Source: Candidatus Saccharimonadota bacterium
GTDB lineage: Bacteria > Patescibacteriota > Saccharimonadia > Saccharimonadales > 2-12-FULL-41-12
Reading direction: 5' to 3'
Assembly (NCBI GenBank): GCA_022842995.1
Contig: JALHOM010000003.1
Location: 12,659 to 76,658, forward strand
DNA: 64,000 bases
In this document: positions 35,701 to 43,934 of the stretch, in pieces
Layout: the number at the start of each line of letters is the position of its first letter
Numbering within the stretch: position 1 is the first letter of the stretch
Notes under the pieces: model-generated
The model's database searches: none
Told to the model about the DNA's origin: nothing
What the model saw: only the letters and a program-made list of their open reading frames with translations
Made by a program: the position numbers and the translations under genes

Positions 35701-38613
35701 GAAGCAGCCGCTAATCTCGGTGGGTCGCTCACCCTCCCTACCGGCCGCGTTCCAGGACCAACAGCCACCGGTACCACCGGATTTTATGCAGGCGTTATTT
35801 CAGGCGCCCACCCTAACCTCAACCAAGCGCAAACCAACCAAAGTACCATTGTAATAGCCCGACCTAATCGAACTTTCGTGGTCATTGCCAGCCTGACTGC
35901 TCCCGCAGCCAATGCTTCTATTTACGACCCTGCAACCCAAATCTTTACCGCCCAGGCAGGTACGAGCATCCCAACGGCAGCGAACGGCACGGGCGGTTTT
36001 GCACTCAAGCGACCAGATGGAAAATACTTTGTCGTTCTGGGCAACAATACAGCCACAACAAATATTTATGACCCCGTCACGAATACCTTTTCGCTTGGAC
36101 CAGCAATGACAGCCGCTATTGCTGGTGTCGGCGCAAGCGCTATCCTTAACTCTGACGGTACATATACTATCGTTCACGGTAACGCGCTCACCAGCACGAC
36201 GCTCTACGACCCTATTCGCAATACCACATCAGCCGGGCCAGTCACTACAACGGCCGTTAACTGTGGTTTTTGGGCTATTCCACTTAAAAATGGTCAATAT
36301 AAAGTATTCCCTGGTGTCGCCGACGGTATAGCCGGAGTCACAACATCAATGAACTACGACCCACGCACGAAATCATTTACTGCCGGAATAGCGCTTGCTA
36401 GTGCCCATGGCTGTGGATCATTTACCTTCCAAAGACAGGATGGTTTTTGGTTAACAGTCTCAGGAGGTGCCGGTGTAGCAGGCGCCGACGTCTTAACAAC
36501 CAACCTCATAAACCCGGACAACGGAACCGCAATCGCCGGACCTGCGCTATCTGGTGTCGCCGGTACGTCTGGGCCACGAAGAGGCGCTCATGTTATTCCA
36601 CGAGCTGACGGCACTTTCTTGATCATCCACGGTCGCCAAGTCACCAATACCACCATCTACTTCCCGTGGGGTGGAACATTCGGTGTTGGCGCCGGCATCG
36701 GTACGGCTGCTGCCGGTCCCGCCCTAACAGCGGCGGCCGATTCAGGCGCGTTATCATTCCAAAGACCAGATGGTAAATGGGTCATCATTAACGGCAATGC
36801 TACGCAAACAACCATGCTCTATGATGCCGGTTGGTACGGAGATGGCCAATATTTATCAGAACAAATGCAAGTCCCGGCCATGCCTGCCAACTCCACGCTC
36901 AACTGGAAACAAACCAACGACAACTTCGTACGTTTTGAAGTCCGCTACGCGAGCTCGCAAGCAGCCTTGGCAACAGCACCGTATTATTCGATTGCCAGAC
37001 CAGGTCAAAGTATCGCCAACCCCGGCGGTGAAACATGGGCTCAGATCGAGATCAACCTACGCCGCGACTTCCCAACCTTCCCCGGCACCCTGGACGGGGT
37101 TTACGTTAGTGGTGGCGGCTTGGTCTTCGGCAACCGCGCCATATCACAACCAACCGTTATGTCTTATAGCATTAACAACGGCAGAGACTTACTGACCTTA
37201 CAAAACAACGGCCTCGACGTCTTCCGCGTCACCAGCGACGGCAGCGTTTATTCGTCAAGTCGCGGCGGCTTTTACTCTGGTGGTGCCGACTTAGCAGAAA
37301 ACTATAGTTCAACCGAAAACTTATCTCCCGGTGAAGTCGTAATCATGGACTCTGTCGATAATAAATCGGTCAAGCGATCGACCAACCAATATCAAGAATC
37401 AATCTTGGGCGTTGTATCGACCGAGCCTGGCTTTGTGGCTGGCGCTTTCACCGAAAACTCACACCCCATCGCCCTCGTCGGGCGTGTCCCCGTAAAAATA
37501 AGTACCGAAAACGGCGACGTTAAACAAGGCGACTTCTTAACCTCAGCCTCCATACCCGGCTACGCTATGAAGGCAACTGTCTCTGGCCGTGTACTTGGTA
37601 CCGCTCTAGAAGGATTTGACAGTAGCAAAGCAACACCGTGCCCTCAAACTGGGTTAGGCAGCCAGTCAGAAACACTATGTGGCCAAGTGATGATGTTCGT
37701 TAACCTCACTAACTACCAAGGCGCCAGTGTTGACGCCCTGATGGATCAAGCGCCGAGCGGCTCATTTGTCGGTGAAGCAATTTTGCCAGGCTTTGACTAC
37801 CACTCCATCAACGGCCTTTCCAGCGATAATTCTCGCCAAGAAAATATCTTAGGCTACCTCAAATCACTCCGCGACAAGCAAGCCTCCGGCCAATCTCCAG
37901 AAGGTGGCGAAATCCTCACCAACCGATTAAGCGCGGTCAACGAAGTCATTAGCCCTGTTATCGTCACTGACCTACTACGGGCCAATAAAATCCAGGCCAA
38001 TTCTATCGAAGGCCTCGAGATTTACACCGACAAAATTGCCGCCCTCGAAGATTCACAAAAAGGACTTGTAACCACCGCGTCGGCTACATCCAACAGTACC
38101 GCCATCAACCAACTCGAGAGAATCCAAGCCAAAAACGGCTACTTTACTATCGGATTAGTGTCTCTCGGCCAAATAGAGGCCAGAGGCGGGCTGGTAGTCG
38201 ACGGAGCCTCGCAGTTCAATGGCCGTACCACCTTTGCCGCCATGGTTCAGTTCATGGGCAACGTCGAATTTACCAACGATATCTTGGCCAAAGGCCGTGT
38301 AACGTTCAACAAAGACAGTGGCGGTAGCGTAGCCATCAAGAAAACAGAAAGGCGCATCTCGGTTGTTTTCGATAAACCTTATCAAGAAAAACCGATCATC
38401 ACTGCTTCAGTTACGATAGATAGGCCAAAGGATCAACTCACCCCTCAGGAAGAAGCCGAAGCTGCATTAAGGGAACAAACACTATTCGACGCCGGCTATA
38501 GCTATCTCGTTTCTGACGTTAGCACCAAAGGCTTTACAATAGTCCTAAACAAACCAGCAGCCGAAGACATAACTTTCAGTTGGAACGCCATCTCGGTCCA
38601 ATCCGACAACTAA
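32800..38613 (+). CDS. giant secreted surface protein (1937 aa): tail-fibre-like N-domain, Gly-rich segment, two Kelch-like beta-propeller repeat blocks, C-terminal H-type-lectin-like domain
   Basis: Signal peptide. INPQINFQGKLTNPDGTNVTNGTYSIVFSIY...VWTE N-domain. About 13 repeats of (R/K)PDG.Y.(V/I)..GG...T..(Y)DP...TF..GP (nt ~33900-34860 and ~35850-36840). ADLAENY...PGEVV module. C-terminus GFTIVLNKPAAEDITFSWNAI. Confidence 0.85.
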   Translation: MKSFGLSAWVGAALVALLLVAFHVPFSPTASADINPQINFQGKLTNPDGTNVTNGTYSIVFSIYTVSSGGSSVWTETQSSVSVTDGIFRVSLGSITPLPGSVDFNSNSLHLGIQVGADAEMTPRVQFTAAPYAFNSQRLGGLTADGFIRLGNATAQADATTNNSIFLNKTAAGNIVLLQSSGTDVFSVTGAGNILLGQNADKTISVAQTASNAGGQDLTLIAGQGGAGAGANAGGATTIQGGQGGGTNGDGGSVILAGGAASGSGLAGNVTVRNAANSTTAFQVQNAAGTTTVLAVDTVGGNVNVNGGVNVNTVDSSIVKTSSADFALGTVGASILNANGQLELNDGTIPNAGRGTITTAGQPATSGAIAAGALAISRPDGRYLVLRGGGTGMDIYDSITGTFTNSAQVLNGVAGAGSLAFPRPTGQYRIIHGGGLTTTSLVDPQGNIAVGGSVAVTASNAGTIAHKRPDGRYIFTNGGAASTQVYNPIADNFAAGPALATGTSGAGSLFLPRNDGSGLLINGGVTSTTNVYNPTTGAGDIGAFTAGPSLDGNQAAGTCGINGAGSVALRKADGKYLILSRVNVSATYDPVANTITCSTTGPATALGDGAHAIPYHDGKFLIIVGGNSTLSYVYDQNAGTFTVHNTALTAVTTGAFSLMRQNGTWQIITGTDTCTTGCSNNLDLGMPMNGATARYTTEDISTTSLNEATTLKWTAQLEAIYAAASNGTTNSAFSAMQFFVRTATNSSGCTTPLNSAIDKEITVNGDFIRPSPTDNCVRISVQMNRPLPKRIIDERGTWTGNSSTISRLDFVTPTLFDLALDNSTVLHRDSFNFNAPGSQENSNGTIPTAITSNAPTAGGACTAGNHFWFVTYVTNGVESRLSPTSAVQNCTGPNGTVSLTTIPTGPSGTTARKIYRTKAAALATDTPYLLTTINDNVTTIFSDTLADTSLGAAYTYIENSGPIGTRVEAAANLGGSLTLPTGRVPGPTATGTTGFYAGVISGAHPNLNQAQTNQSTIVIARPNRTFVVIASLTAPAANASIYDPATQIFTAQAGTSIPTAANGTGGFALKRPDGKYFVVLGNNTATTNIYDPVTNTFSLGPAMTAAIAGVGASAILNSDGTYTIVHGNALTSTTLYDPIRNTTSAGPVTTTAVNCGFWAIPLKNGQYKVFPGVADGIAGVTTSMNYDPRTKSFTAGIALASAHGCGSFTFQRQDGFWLTVSGGAGVAGADVLTTNLINPDNGTAIAGPALSGVAGTSGPRRGAHVIPRADGTFLIIHGRQVTNTTIYFPWGGTFGVGAGIGTAAAGPALTAAADSGALSFQRPDGKWVIINGNATQTTMLYDAGWYGDGQYLSEQMQVPAMPANSTLNWKQTNDNFVRFEVRYASSQAALATAPYYSIARPGQSIANPGGETWAQIEINLRRDFPTFPGTLDGVYVSGGGLVFGNRAISQPTVMSYSINNGRDLLTLQNNGLDVFRVTSDGSVYSSSRGGFYSGGADLAENYSSTENLSPGEVVIMDSVDNKSVKRSTNQYQESILGVVSTEPGFVAGAFTENSHPIALVGRVPVKISTENGDVKQGDFLTSASIPGYAMKATVSGRVLGTALEGFDSSKATPCPQTGLGSQSETLCGQVMMFVNLTNYQGASVDALMDQAPSGSFVGEAILPGFDYHSINGLSSDNSRQENILGYLKSLRDKQASGQSPEGGEILTNRLSAVNEVISPVIVTDLLRANKIQANSIEGLEIYTDKIAALEDSQKGLVTTASATSNSTAINQLERIQAKNGYFTIGLVSLGQIEARGGLVVDGASQFNGRTTFAAMVQFMGNVEFTNDILAKGRVTFNKDSGGSVAIKKTERRISVVFDKPYQEKPIITASVTIDRPKDQLTPQEEAEAALREQTLFDAGYSYLVSDVSTKGFTIVLNKPAAEDITFSWNAISVQSDN

Positions 38614-38625
38614 AACGGAGCTACC

Positions 38626-39120
38626 ATGCAGCAAGACATCTCACCACCCAAACAACCACAACAGCACCAGAAATCACCTAATCGCAAATCATCAAGATCA
38701 CTAATTTTTACAAATGCTAGCGGTAATGTTAAAAAAACAATATTCGGCCTCATCATCCTTACCCTTATAATCGCACCATCCGCCTACTTCTATAAAAAGA
38801 GTCAAGACGCCGAAAAAAAACTATCGAATACCACCGAAGTTAACCAAAAAGTCGTCGATGATGTCGTCTCTAAAGTTAATCAGCACTACCTCCTACCAAC
38901 AGACGAAAAACCGACTCTCGTCACCGTCACCGATGTCAGCAAAGTAAAAGAGCAACCCTTCTTTGCTCGAGCCGAAAACGGCGATAAAGCGCTCGTCTAT
39001 ACTCAATCACGAAAAGCCATCCTCTATCGACCAAGTAAAGATGTTGTCGTCGAAGTAGCACCCCTGAACGTCGACTCCTTACCCTCCGACCAACAGGGCA
39101 CAACTTCCGAACAGAATTAA
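38626..39120 (+). CDS. N-terminally anchored hypothetical protein (164 aa)
   Basis: Starts 12 nt after the giant gene; TM IFGLIILTLIIAPSAYFY. Confidence 0.55.
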   Translation: MQQDISPPKQPQQHQKSPNRKSSRSLIFTNASGNVKKTIFGLIILTLIIAPSAYFYKKSQDAEKKLSNTTEVNQKVVDDVVSKVNQHYLLPTDEKPTLVTVTDVSKVKEQPFFARAENGDKALVYTQSRKAILYRPSKDVVVEVAPLNVDSLPSDQQGTTSEQN

Positions 39121-39142
39121 AGAACATTTTTTATCAATGTTT

Positions 39143-39171
39143 TTGCATTAACGTATTTTTTGTGTTATAGT
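39143..39171 (+). promoter_or_regulatory. sigma70-like promoter with extended -10, heading the orphan array
   Basis: TTGCAT (39143) - 17 nt - TGtTATAGT (39163-39171). It overlaps the track start of ORF 39170, which argues for the ATG at 39197. Confidence 0.55.
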
Positions 39172-39196
39172 GTTATTACGTAATCAAAAAATACAC

Positions 39197-39805
39197 ATGA
39201 TAACAAAACTACACGAAGTCGACCCTTCGACTATATCTTCATCTAGCGATCTTTTGCCCCATCTGGTAGGCGTCGCTTCATATGTTGGTCAGAGAATCTC
39301 TGATTTAGAAGCTGTCGGCAGAACAATCGACACAGAAACATCGGGTAGTTATAGGCCCGAGAGAATTTCTAGCCGTAGAGTTTCCTTCCCTCAAGCCAGC
39401 CCATTTGATGGAACACCAATTTCTCGTCTTGTGGCCCGAGTTGATAATCAAGGAAACGCCATGCTCGCAAGTGCTCCGCCTTGGGACGAAACCTATGGCA
39501 CGGTATTTTACACGGAAGTTTATATTCCCGGAGACGAGCTAATCCGGCAACTTGCCAGGACGGAACCATGCCTCTGGGACGTACAAGATGCAGCATCGGC
39601 CTTTATTGACGGTAAAATTGTATATCCTTTCTGCTCATACTTATACCGGCAACATAACCCCACAAGGTATGCATCGGCCCTGCAACGCCTAACCGCCGAA
39701 CTCGACGAATTAGCGCCCTGCAAGGATATCGAATTAGGGATTCATGGATGTGATCCAGACCCACCTTCGCGTCTACATACATTTCGCCATGACCAAAAAA
39801 CATGA
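39197..39805 (+). CDS. orphan array member 1 (202 aa from ATG 39197)
   Basis: ORF track 39170-39805, trimmed to the first ATG downstream of the promoter. Shares the array architecture (helix LLPHLVGVASYVGQRI, PPWDETY, C-terminal helix). Confidence 0.55.
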   Translation: MITKLHEVDPSTISSSSDLLPHLVGVASYVGQRISDLEAVGRTIDTETSGSYRPERISSRRVSFPQASPFDGTPISRLVARVDNQGNAMLASAPPWDETYGTVFYTEVYIPGDELIRQLARTEPCLWDVQDAASAFIDGKIVYPFCSYLYRQHNPTRYASALQRLTAELDELAPCKDIELGIHGCDPDPPSRLHTFRHDQKT

Positions 39806-40361
39806 CATAACTCCTGTACATACCGAATCCACGAATCATCTATGGCCGAACCGTGGGAATCTATTGGTTTTTCCTTCTTACCTCACCAACACGCAATCAA
39901 ATATCCCATCAATCATCAGATTAGATCAAATGACACAAGCCTGGGAAGGCATACCTACAAAATGTATTGCAATAACAGATGATCGGCTTGCAGAAAAAAG
40001 CCATCGACCAGACCCCAGCGTAGAGCTTGCAAGTTTCGTATACGATCACCTTGCGCTTCAAGGCGACATCAAGCAGATTAACGGCGTTCATCGAATCCCC
40101 GCATGTAATCCTGTCATTACCCATCATACTCTTGCAACAATAGCGCGGAGTTCTCGGTCAGAACATGGTCTAGGCAATCGGCATCGTTTACTTATTTTTA
40201 TAGGCGGCAGAGCTCTCGAGGGCGTATCCGAAGAACAAATGCGTTTACGGCCAGTGTACTTTAGCCTAGATGAAATAAGTGAAACTGGGAAAGAACTCGC
40301 CTTTAAACCTCATTACCCTGTTGCCACCCGAAGACGATCCATCGCAAGAACGAAACTTTAA
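39789..40361 (+). CDS. orphan array member 2 (190 aa from ATG 39789)
   Basis: ORF track 39744-40361. ATG 39789 overlaps the end of member 1 by 17 nt across an A6 run. Contains QAWEGIP. Confidence 0.45.
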   Translation: MTKKHDITPVHTESTNHLWPNRGNLLVFPSYLTNTQSNIPSIIRLDQMTQAWEGIPTKCIAITDDRLAEKSHRPDPSVELASFVYDHLALQGDIKQINGVHRIPACNPVITHHTLATIARSSRSEHGLGNRHRLLIFIGGRALEGVSEEQMRLRPVYFSLDEISETGKELAFKPHYPVATRRRSIARTKL

Positions 40362-40546
40362 ATTTCCTGCTCTTAAATGTAGTATCCAGCCAATGTATTG
40401 CTAAAAACTAAAAAAACCAGAGTCCAAAATGTCGTAGTGTATGCGTTAAATCTACGAATTTTAGACCCTGGTTATTGCCATCCAACCCTTAAAATAATCG
40501 GACTGGATGGCAAGATTAACGTAACTTTTAGTTGCGCACGAGCTGA

Positions 40547-41164
40547 CTAGCGTCGTCCGCGGTTACTGCGGTCATCGTCGTCACCGTCGTCATCTTTGTC
40601 GTCTGAACTGTCGTTTTCACGAGAGCTTTCAATTTCAGTCCGCATCACCGTACCGTCTTTAGTGCTCACGTCTACTCGACTTCCATCAGCAAAACGGACG
40701 CTAATTACTTTTACGCCATGCTCGATCTCTACTTCGGTCTTTCTGATAGTCGATCCACTGTGCTGGCGTAGTGCGATTTCTTTAGCCTGCTGGACGGTTA
40801 TCTCGCCGGTCGAAGTACTGTTAGAAGAATTACTTGAAGAGTTTGAGCTAGAACTAGGAGTTCCCGTGGTAGCACTTCCTTCAGCAATGTCGCTGGCACT
40901 TGGGTTATCATCTACTTTCGGCAATGTTTGCGGGCCGCTCGCTACCGTATTTGCCCTATCGCTACGGCTATCTACTCCCTGTTGAGAGCTGTTATTTCGG
41001 TCATTTCGGCGATCTTCACGCCTGTCTTCACGACGATCTTCGCGTCGAACATCGTTTGCCTTATTGACATCATCAGCACCCTGACGTGCCATAGCCACAC
41101 TTGGCACCAAAACCAGTCCAGCAACCGCCGGGATAAGTAGTAATTTCTTGCTAACTAATTTCAT
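40547..41164 (-). CDS. secreted PepSY-domain protein with basic/acidic low-complexity regions
   Basis: Signal peptide; REDRREDRREDRRNDR repeat; C-terminal PepSY-like ITVQQAKEIALRQHSGSTIRKTEVEIEHGVKVISVRFADGSRVDV. Confidence 0.7.
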   Translation of the reverse strand: MKLVSKKLLLIPAVAGLVLVPSVAMARQGADDVNKANDVRREDRREDRREDRRNDRNNSSQQGVDSRSDRANTVASGPQTLPKVDDNPSASDIAEGSATTGTPSSSSNSSSNSSNSTSTGEITVQQAKEIALRQHSGSTIRKTEVEIEHGVKVISVRFADGSRVDVSTKDGTVMRTEIESSRENDSSDDKDDDGDDDDRSNRGRR

Positions 41165-41289
41165 TTGATTTTTCCCTCCTAAAATATACGGGATTAATTG
41201 CTATTACCTGACATATAACGCAGGTACCACCCAAAACGTTACAAAAATCTCCCCAATGGCAAATCAAAAACCCCTTAACTACCACAACC

Positions 41290-41334
41290 ATTTTGCAAGG
41301 ATAAACCCTGCAACAGGGTTTATCCTTGCAAAAT
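41290..41334. repeat. perfect 21-bp-stem palindrome
   Basis: attttgcaaggataaaccctg-caa-cagggtttatccttgcaaaat. Confidence 0.9.
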
Positions 41335-41431
41335 GACGCCTTAAAAACATGTAAATAAATTACGCGATCGTGGATTTTATTTACATAGAGGTCGCACCTC
41401 TGTAGTTGGGCGGACAAACAGAGGTTACCGC

Positions 41432-41479
41432 CATGTAAATGTTGTACGCGATCGCGTACAACATTTACATGTTTTTTTT
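41432..41479 (+). terminator. perfect 40-nt palindrome followed by T8 (terminator-like, no annotated upstream + gene)
   Basis: catgtaaatgttgtacgcga|tcgcgtacaacatttacatg, then tttttttt (41472-41479). Confidence 0.6.
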
Positions 41480-41808
41480 GGCGGTTAATTGACGAGGGTA
41501 ATCGGGTACTATAAGGCGACCTAACAGGGGTGCAGCAAGAAAATCGGGGTATTTTGTATTGGAATCTGGGGATTATTTGTAACAATTTGTTATGTATCTC
41601 GTTATATATAAAGTAAGCCCTGTTCTCGATTCTCGGTAATCGAACTTCATCACCGAAATAGAACTATCGGATTTGATAGACTAGAGTTATGAGTTATGGC
41701 GTGCCAGCAATCGGCCAAATGCCGAACTATCGTCAAGCCGGGAGCACCTCAACAGCACGTAAGGGAGCATGGGTTATAAGAAAAAGACCCAAAAAACACA
41801 ACTAAGAT

Positions 41809-42291
41809 ATGCTACGTAAACGGAGATTTTCACAGATGTACAATACGTACGCAGACGACATTTATCGTTATCTGTTTTCATATGTCCACAATTCCGCTTT
41901 AGCAGAGGATTTGACCGCCGAGACGTTTACCAAAGCATGGGCCAATATCGATAACTTTGACTTCAAACAACCCCGGCCGTGGCTTTATAAAATCGCCAAA
42001 AACACCCTGACAGACTATTTCCGGAAGAAACAGCCTCTCCCCCTCGACGAAGATATCGAGATTATCGACAATAAACAGTCCGTCGAAGATTATGTCGACA
42101 ACCAACTCTCCCAAAAACGTATTGCCACTGCCATGACCAAATTGCCCGATGACATGAAGTCGGTAGTATCTATGCGCTTTCTGCTTGGCTACTCTGTCAA
42201 AAAAACCGCCTCCTCCCTAGAACTTACCGAAGCGAATGTTCGCGTCTTGCAATACCGTGCACTCAAAAAACTCCGAGGTTACCTATCATGA
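41809..42291 (+). CDS. ECF-type RNA polymerase sigma-70 family factor
   Basis: 160 aa. Region 2 (DIYRYLFSYVHNSALAEDLTAETFTKAW) and region 4 HTH (SVVSMRFLLGYSVKKTASSLELTEANVRVLQYRALKKLR). Confidence 0.88.
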   Translation: MLRKRRFSQMYNTYADDIYRYLFSYVHNSALAEDLTAETFTKAWANIDNFDFKQPRPWLYKIAKNTLTDYFRKKQPLPLDEDIEIIDNKQSVEDYVDNQLSQKRIATAMTKLPDDMKSVVSMRFLLGYSVKKTASSLELTEANVRVLQYRALKKLRGYLS

Positions 42292-43049
42292 AACAGAATA
42301 AATTAGCCAACGAGCTTCGAGACGTCGGTGCTTCAGACAACGAAATTACCGAACTAGAGAAACTCGCTCACGCACTAGGAAATTCTCCTCAAAGCCGATT
42401 ATCTAAAAGCTCAAAAAACGCCATTGCCCATCAAATAGGCTTTAAAAACGCCTTTGTATTCAGACGACCAGCACTCAGTGGCGCCATGGCCTTTGTGTTG
42501 CTCCTTTTGTCACTAACAGTCTTTGCCCAAACCGCCCAGCCTGGCCATCCGCTCCACGCGCTGAAAAGAGGCAGCGAAGAAATTCGCAAAGTAGTGCAAC
42601 CCGGCTTCGACGATGACGATATCCAAAAAATCCGTGACGACGAAGTCAAAAAGAGCAATTCCTCAGACGATTCAGATGATGATAGCCATAACTCAAGCTC
42701 AGACGATAAAGGCCGAAACCGCGGCTCCGGCGATACAGAAAAATCAAAAGATGACCACCGCGAAAGCGACTCAGAAGACTCATCAGGTTCCCGCGATCGG
42801 ACGCGCACCGAAGAAGACGACAACGACAGCAATTCAGGATCGTCAGGCTCTGGAAGCTCTGGCGGTTCGGGGAGTAATTCCGGCTCAGGTAGCTCAGGAT
42901 CAGGCTCTAGTAACGACGATGATAAGAAGGATGATAATAAAGACGTCCTCGGCACAAACTCCGGTTCCGGGAGCAATAAATCAGGCAGTAACTCTGGCTC
43001 CGGCTCTAACAATTCTGGCAGCAACCGAGACAAACCAGAAGACGACTGA
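42288..43049 (+). CDS. putative anti-sigma factor (single TM, Ser/Asp/Gly-rich low-complexity ectodomain)
   Basis: ATGA overlap with the sigma gene; TM ALSGAMAFVLLLLSLTVFA; C-terminal SGSGSSGGSGSNSGSGSS tracts. Confidence 0.6.
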   Translation: MKQNKLANELRDVGASDNEITELEKLAHALGNSPQSRLSKSSKNAIAHQIGFKNAFVFRRPALSGAMAFVLLLLSLTVFAQTAQPGHPLHALKRGSEEIRKVVQPGFDDDDIQKIRDDEVKKSNSSDDSDDDSHNSSSDDKGRNRGSGDTEKSKDDHRESDSEDSSGSRDRTRTEEDDNDSNSGSSGSGSSGGSGSNSGSGSSGSGSSNDDDKKDDNKDVLGTNSGSGSNKSGSNSGSGSNNSGSNRDKPEDD

Positions 43050-43125
43050 AATCTTATTCAACAACCGAGATATTTGAATTCATCAGATTGACATAAATAC
43101 TAATGTAGTTTATTGTCCAGTTATT

Positions 43126-43809
43126 ATGAGCCTCTCGAAAAAGCCTTCAGATTTACATAGAGAATCCCAAAAAATCATAAAGTTAACCGATCGACTTTGG
43201 AGTACGATGGAAATCCCCAGGTCCAGGCCACCGCAACAAGCACTTAGAATCTCTAGAGCCTTGGGTGTAGCATGTATTCTCACTATAGCCCTCCTGCAAG
43301 AGCACGACTTATTAATACCAGAACGGCATTGGCGCACGACTAACACCTTTGGAAATATTCATGAGCTGCGTTCAACCCTGCCAGTTCCACAATTGATCAG
43401 CTTCACCGGAAAATCACGCATGTTCTTAAGCGAAGCCGAGGAAGAACAAAACAGAGTGATAGCACTTGAGCTAGAGCACACTGAAAATCCCGATAGCAAG
43501 CCCGTGACACTAACCACGATTTTACCTCGTCCAATTTATGCAGATGAGCTTCTCAAGATTCCCGCACCTTCAAAATGGGAAGAAGGGTTACTTAGAACAG
43601 TTGCGTCTAACCTTGATCGGCCTCCGACAAACCCGGATGGATGGCCAAATGATCCTGATTATTCAGACCAAATCCAAATCGTCGCACCTTTTACGCAGGC
43701 CTCTCTTGACGATCCGACCCAAATCATCGACTACCTCAGAATTAGCGCCCGCCTAACTCACACTTTCGCGCAGTCGGCATTTGCCAATCTTCCCAACTCA
43801 ACAGCCTAA
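43126..43809 (+). CDS. orphan array member 3 (227 aa)
   Basis: ORF. Promoter TTGACA (43088) - 17 nt - TATTGT (43111). Architecture motifs SQKIIKLTDRL, ALRISRALGVACILTIALL, ERHWRTT. Confidence 0.6.
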   Translation: MSLSKKPSDLHRESQKIIKLTDRLWSTMEIPRSRPPQQALRISRALGVACILTIALLQEHDLLIPERHWRTTNTFGNIHELRSTLPVPQLISFTGKSRMFLSEAEEEQNRVIALELEHTENPDSKPVTLTTILPRPIYADELLKIPAPSKWEEGLLRTVASNLDRPPTNPDGWPNDPDYSDQIQIVAPFTQASLDDPTQIIDYLRISARLTHTFAQSAFANLPNSTA

Positions 43810-43934
43810 ACTCTCCTGTATATTAACCACAAAAACTCTTTTTAATACCATTCGATATACAATAAGACTTTCGTGCTATTATTGCATATAGATTGTTCTG
43901 TAATTTTTTGAGACAACTCACAAAGGCTTTACGT

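Noticed and set aside
32800-38613. Diversity-generating retroelement (template/variable repeat) targeting the giant protein or other surface genes.
   Set aside because: No reverse transcriptase ORF is present in the window, and I saw no near-identical repeat pair with adenine-specific differences. This cannot be excluded without a computational repeat search.
41151-41585. 144-aa minus-strand ORF in the PepSY/sigma intergenic region.
   Set aside because: It is Cys- and Arg-rich and spans three long palindromes, so its sequence is dictated by hairpin symmetry. It also overlaps the PepSY start. Judged non-coding.
42431-43077. Track ORFs 42431-43033 (-) and 42613-43077 (+) overlapping the anti-sigma gene.
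   Set aside because: They are alternative-frame or antisense readings of the Ser/Gly/Asp low-complexity repeat. The frame coupled by ATGA to the sigma gene, which contains the TM helix, is the plausible one.
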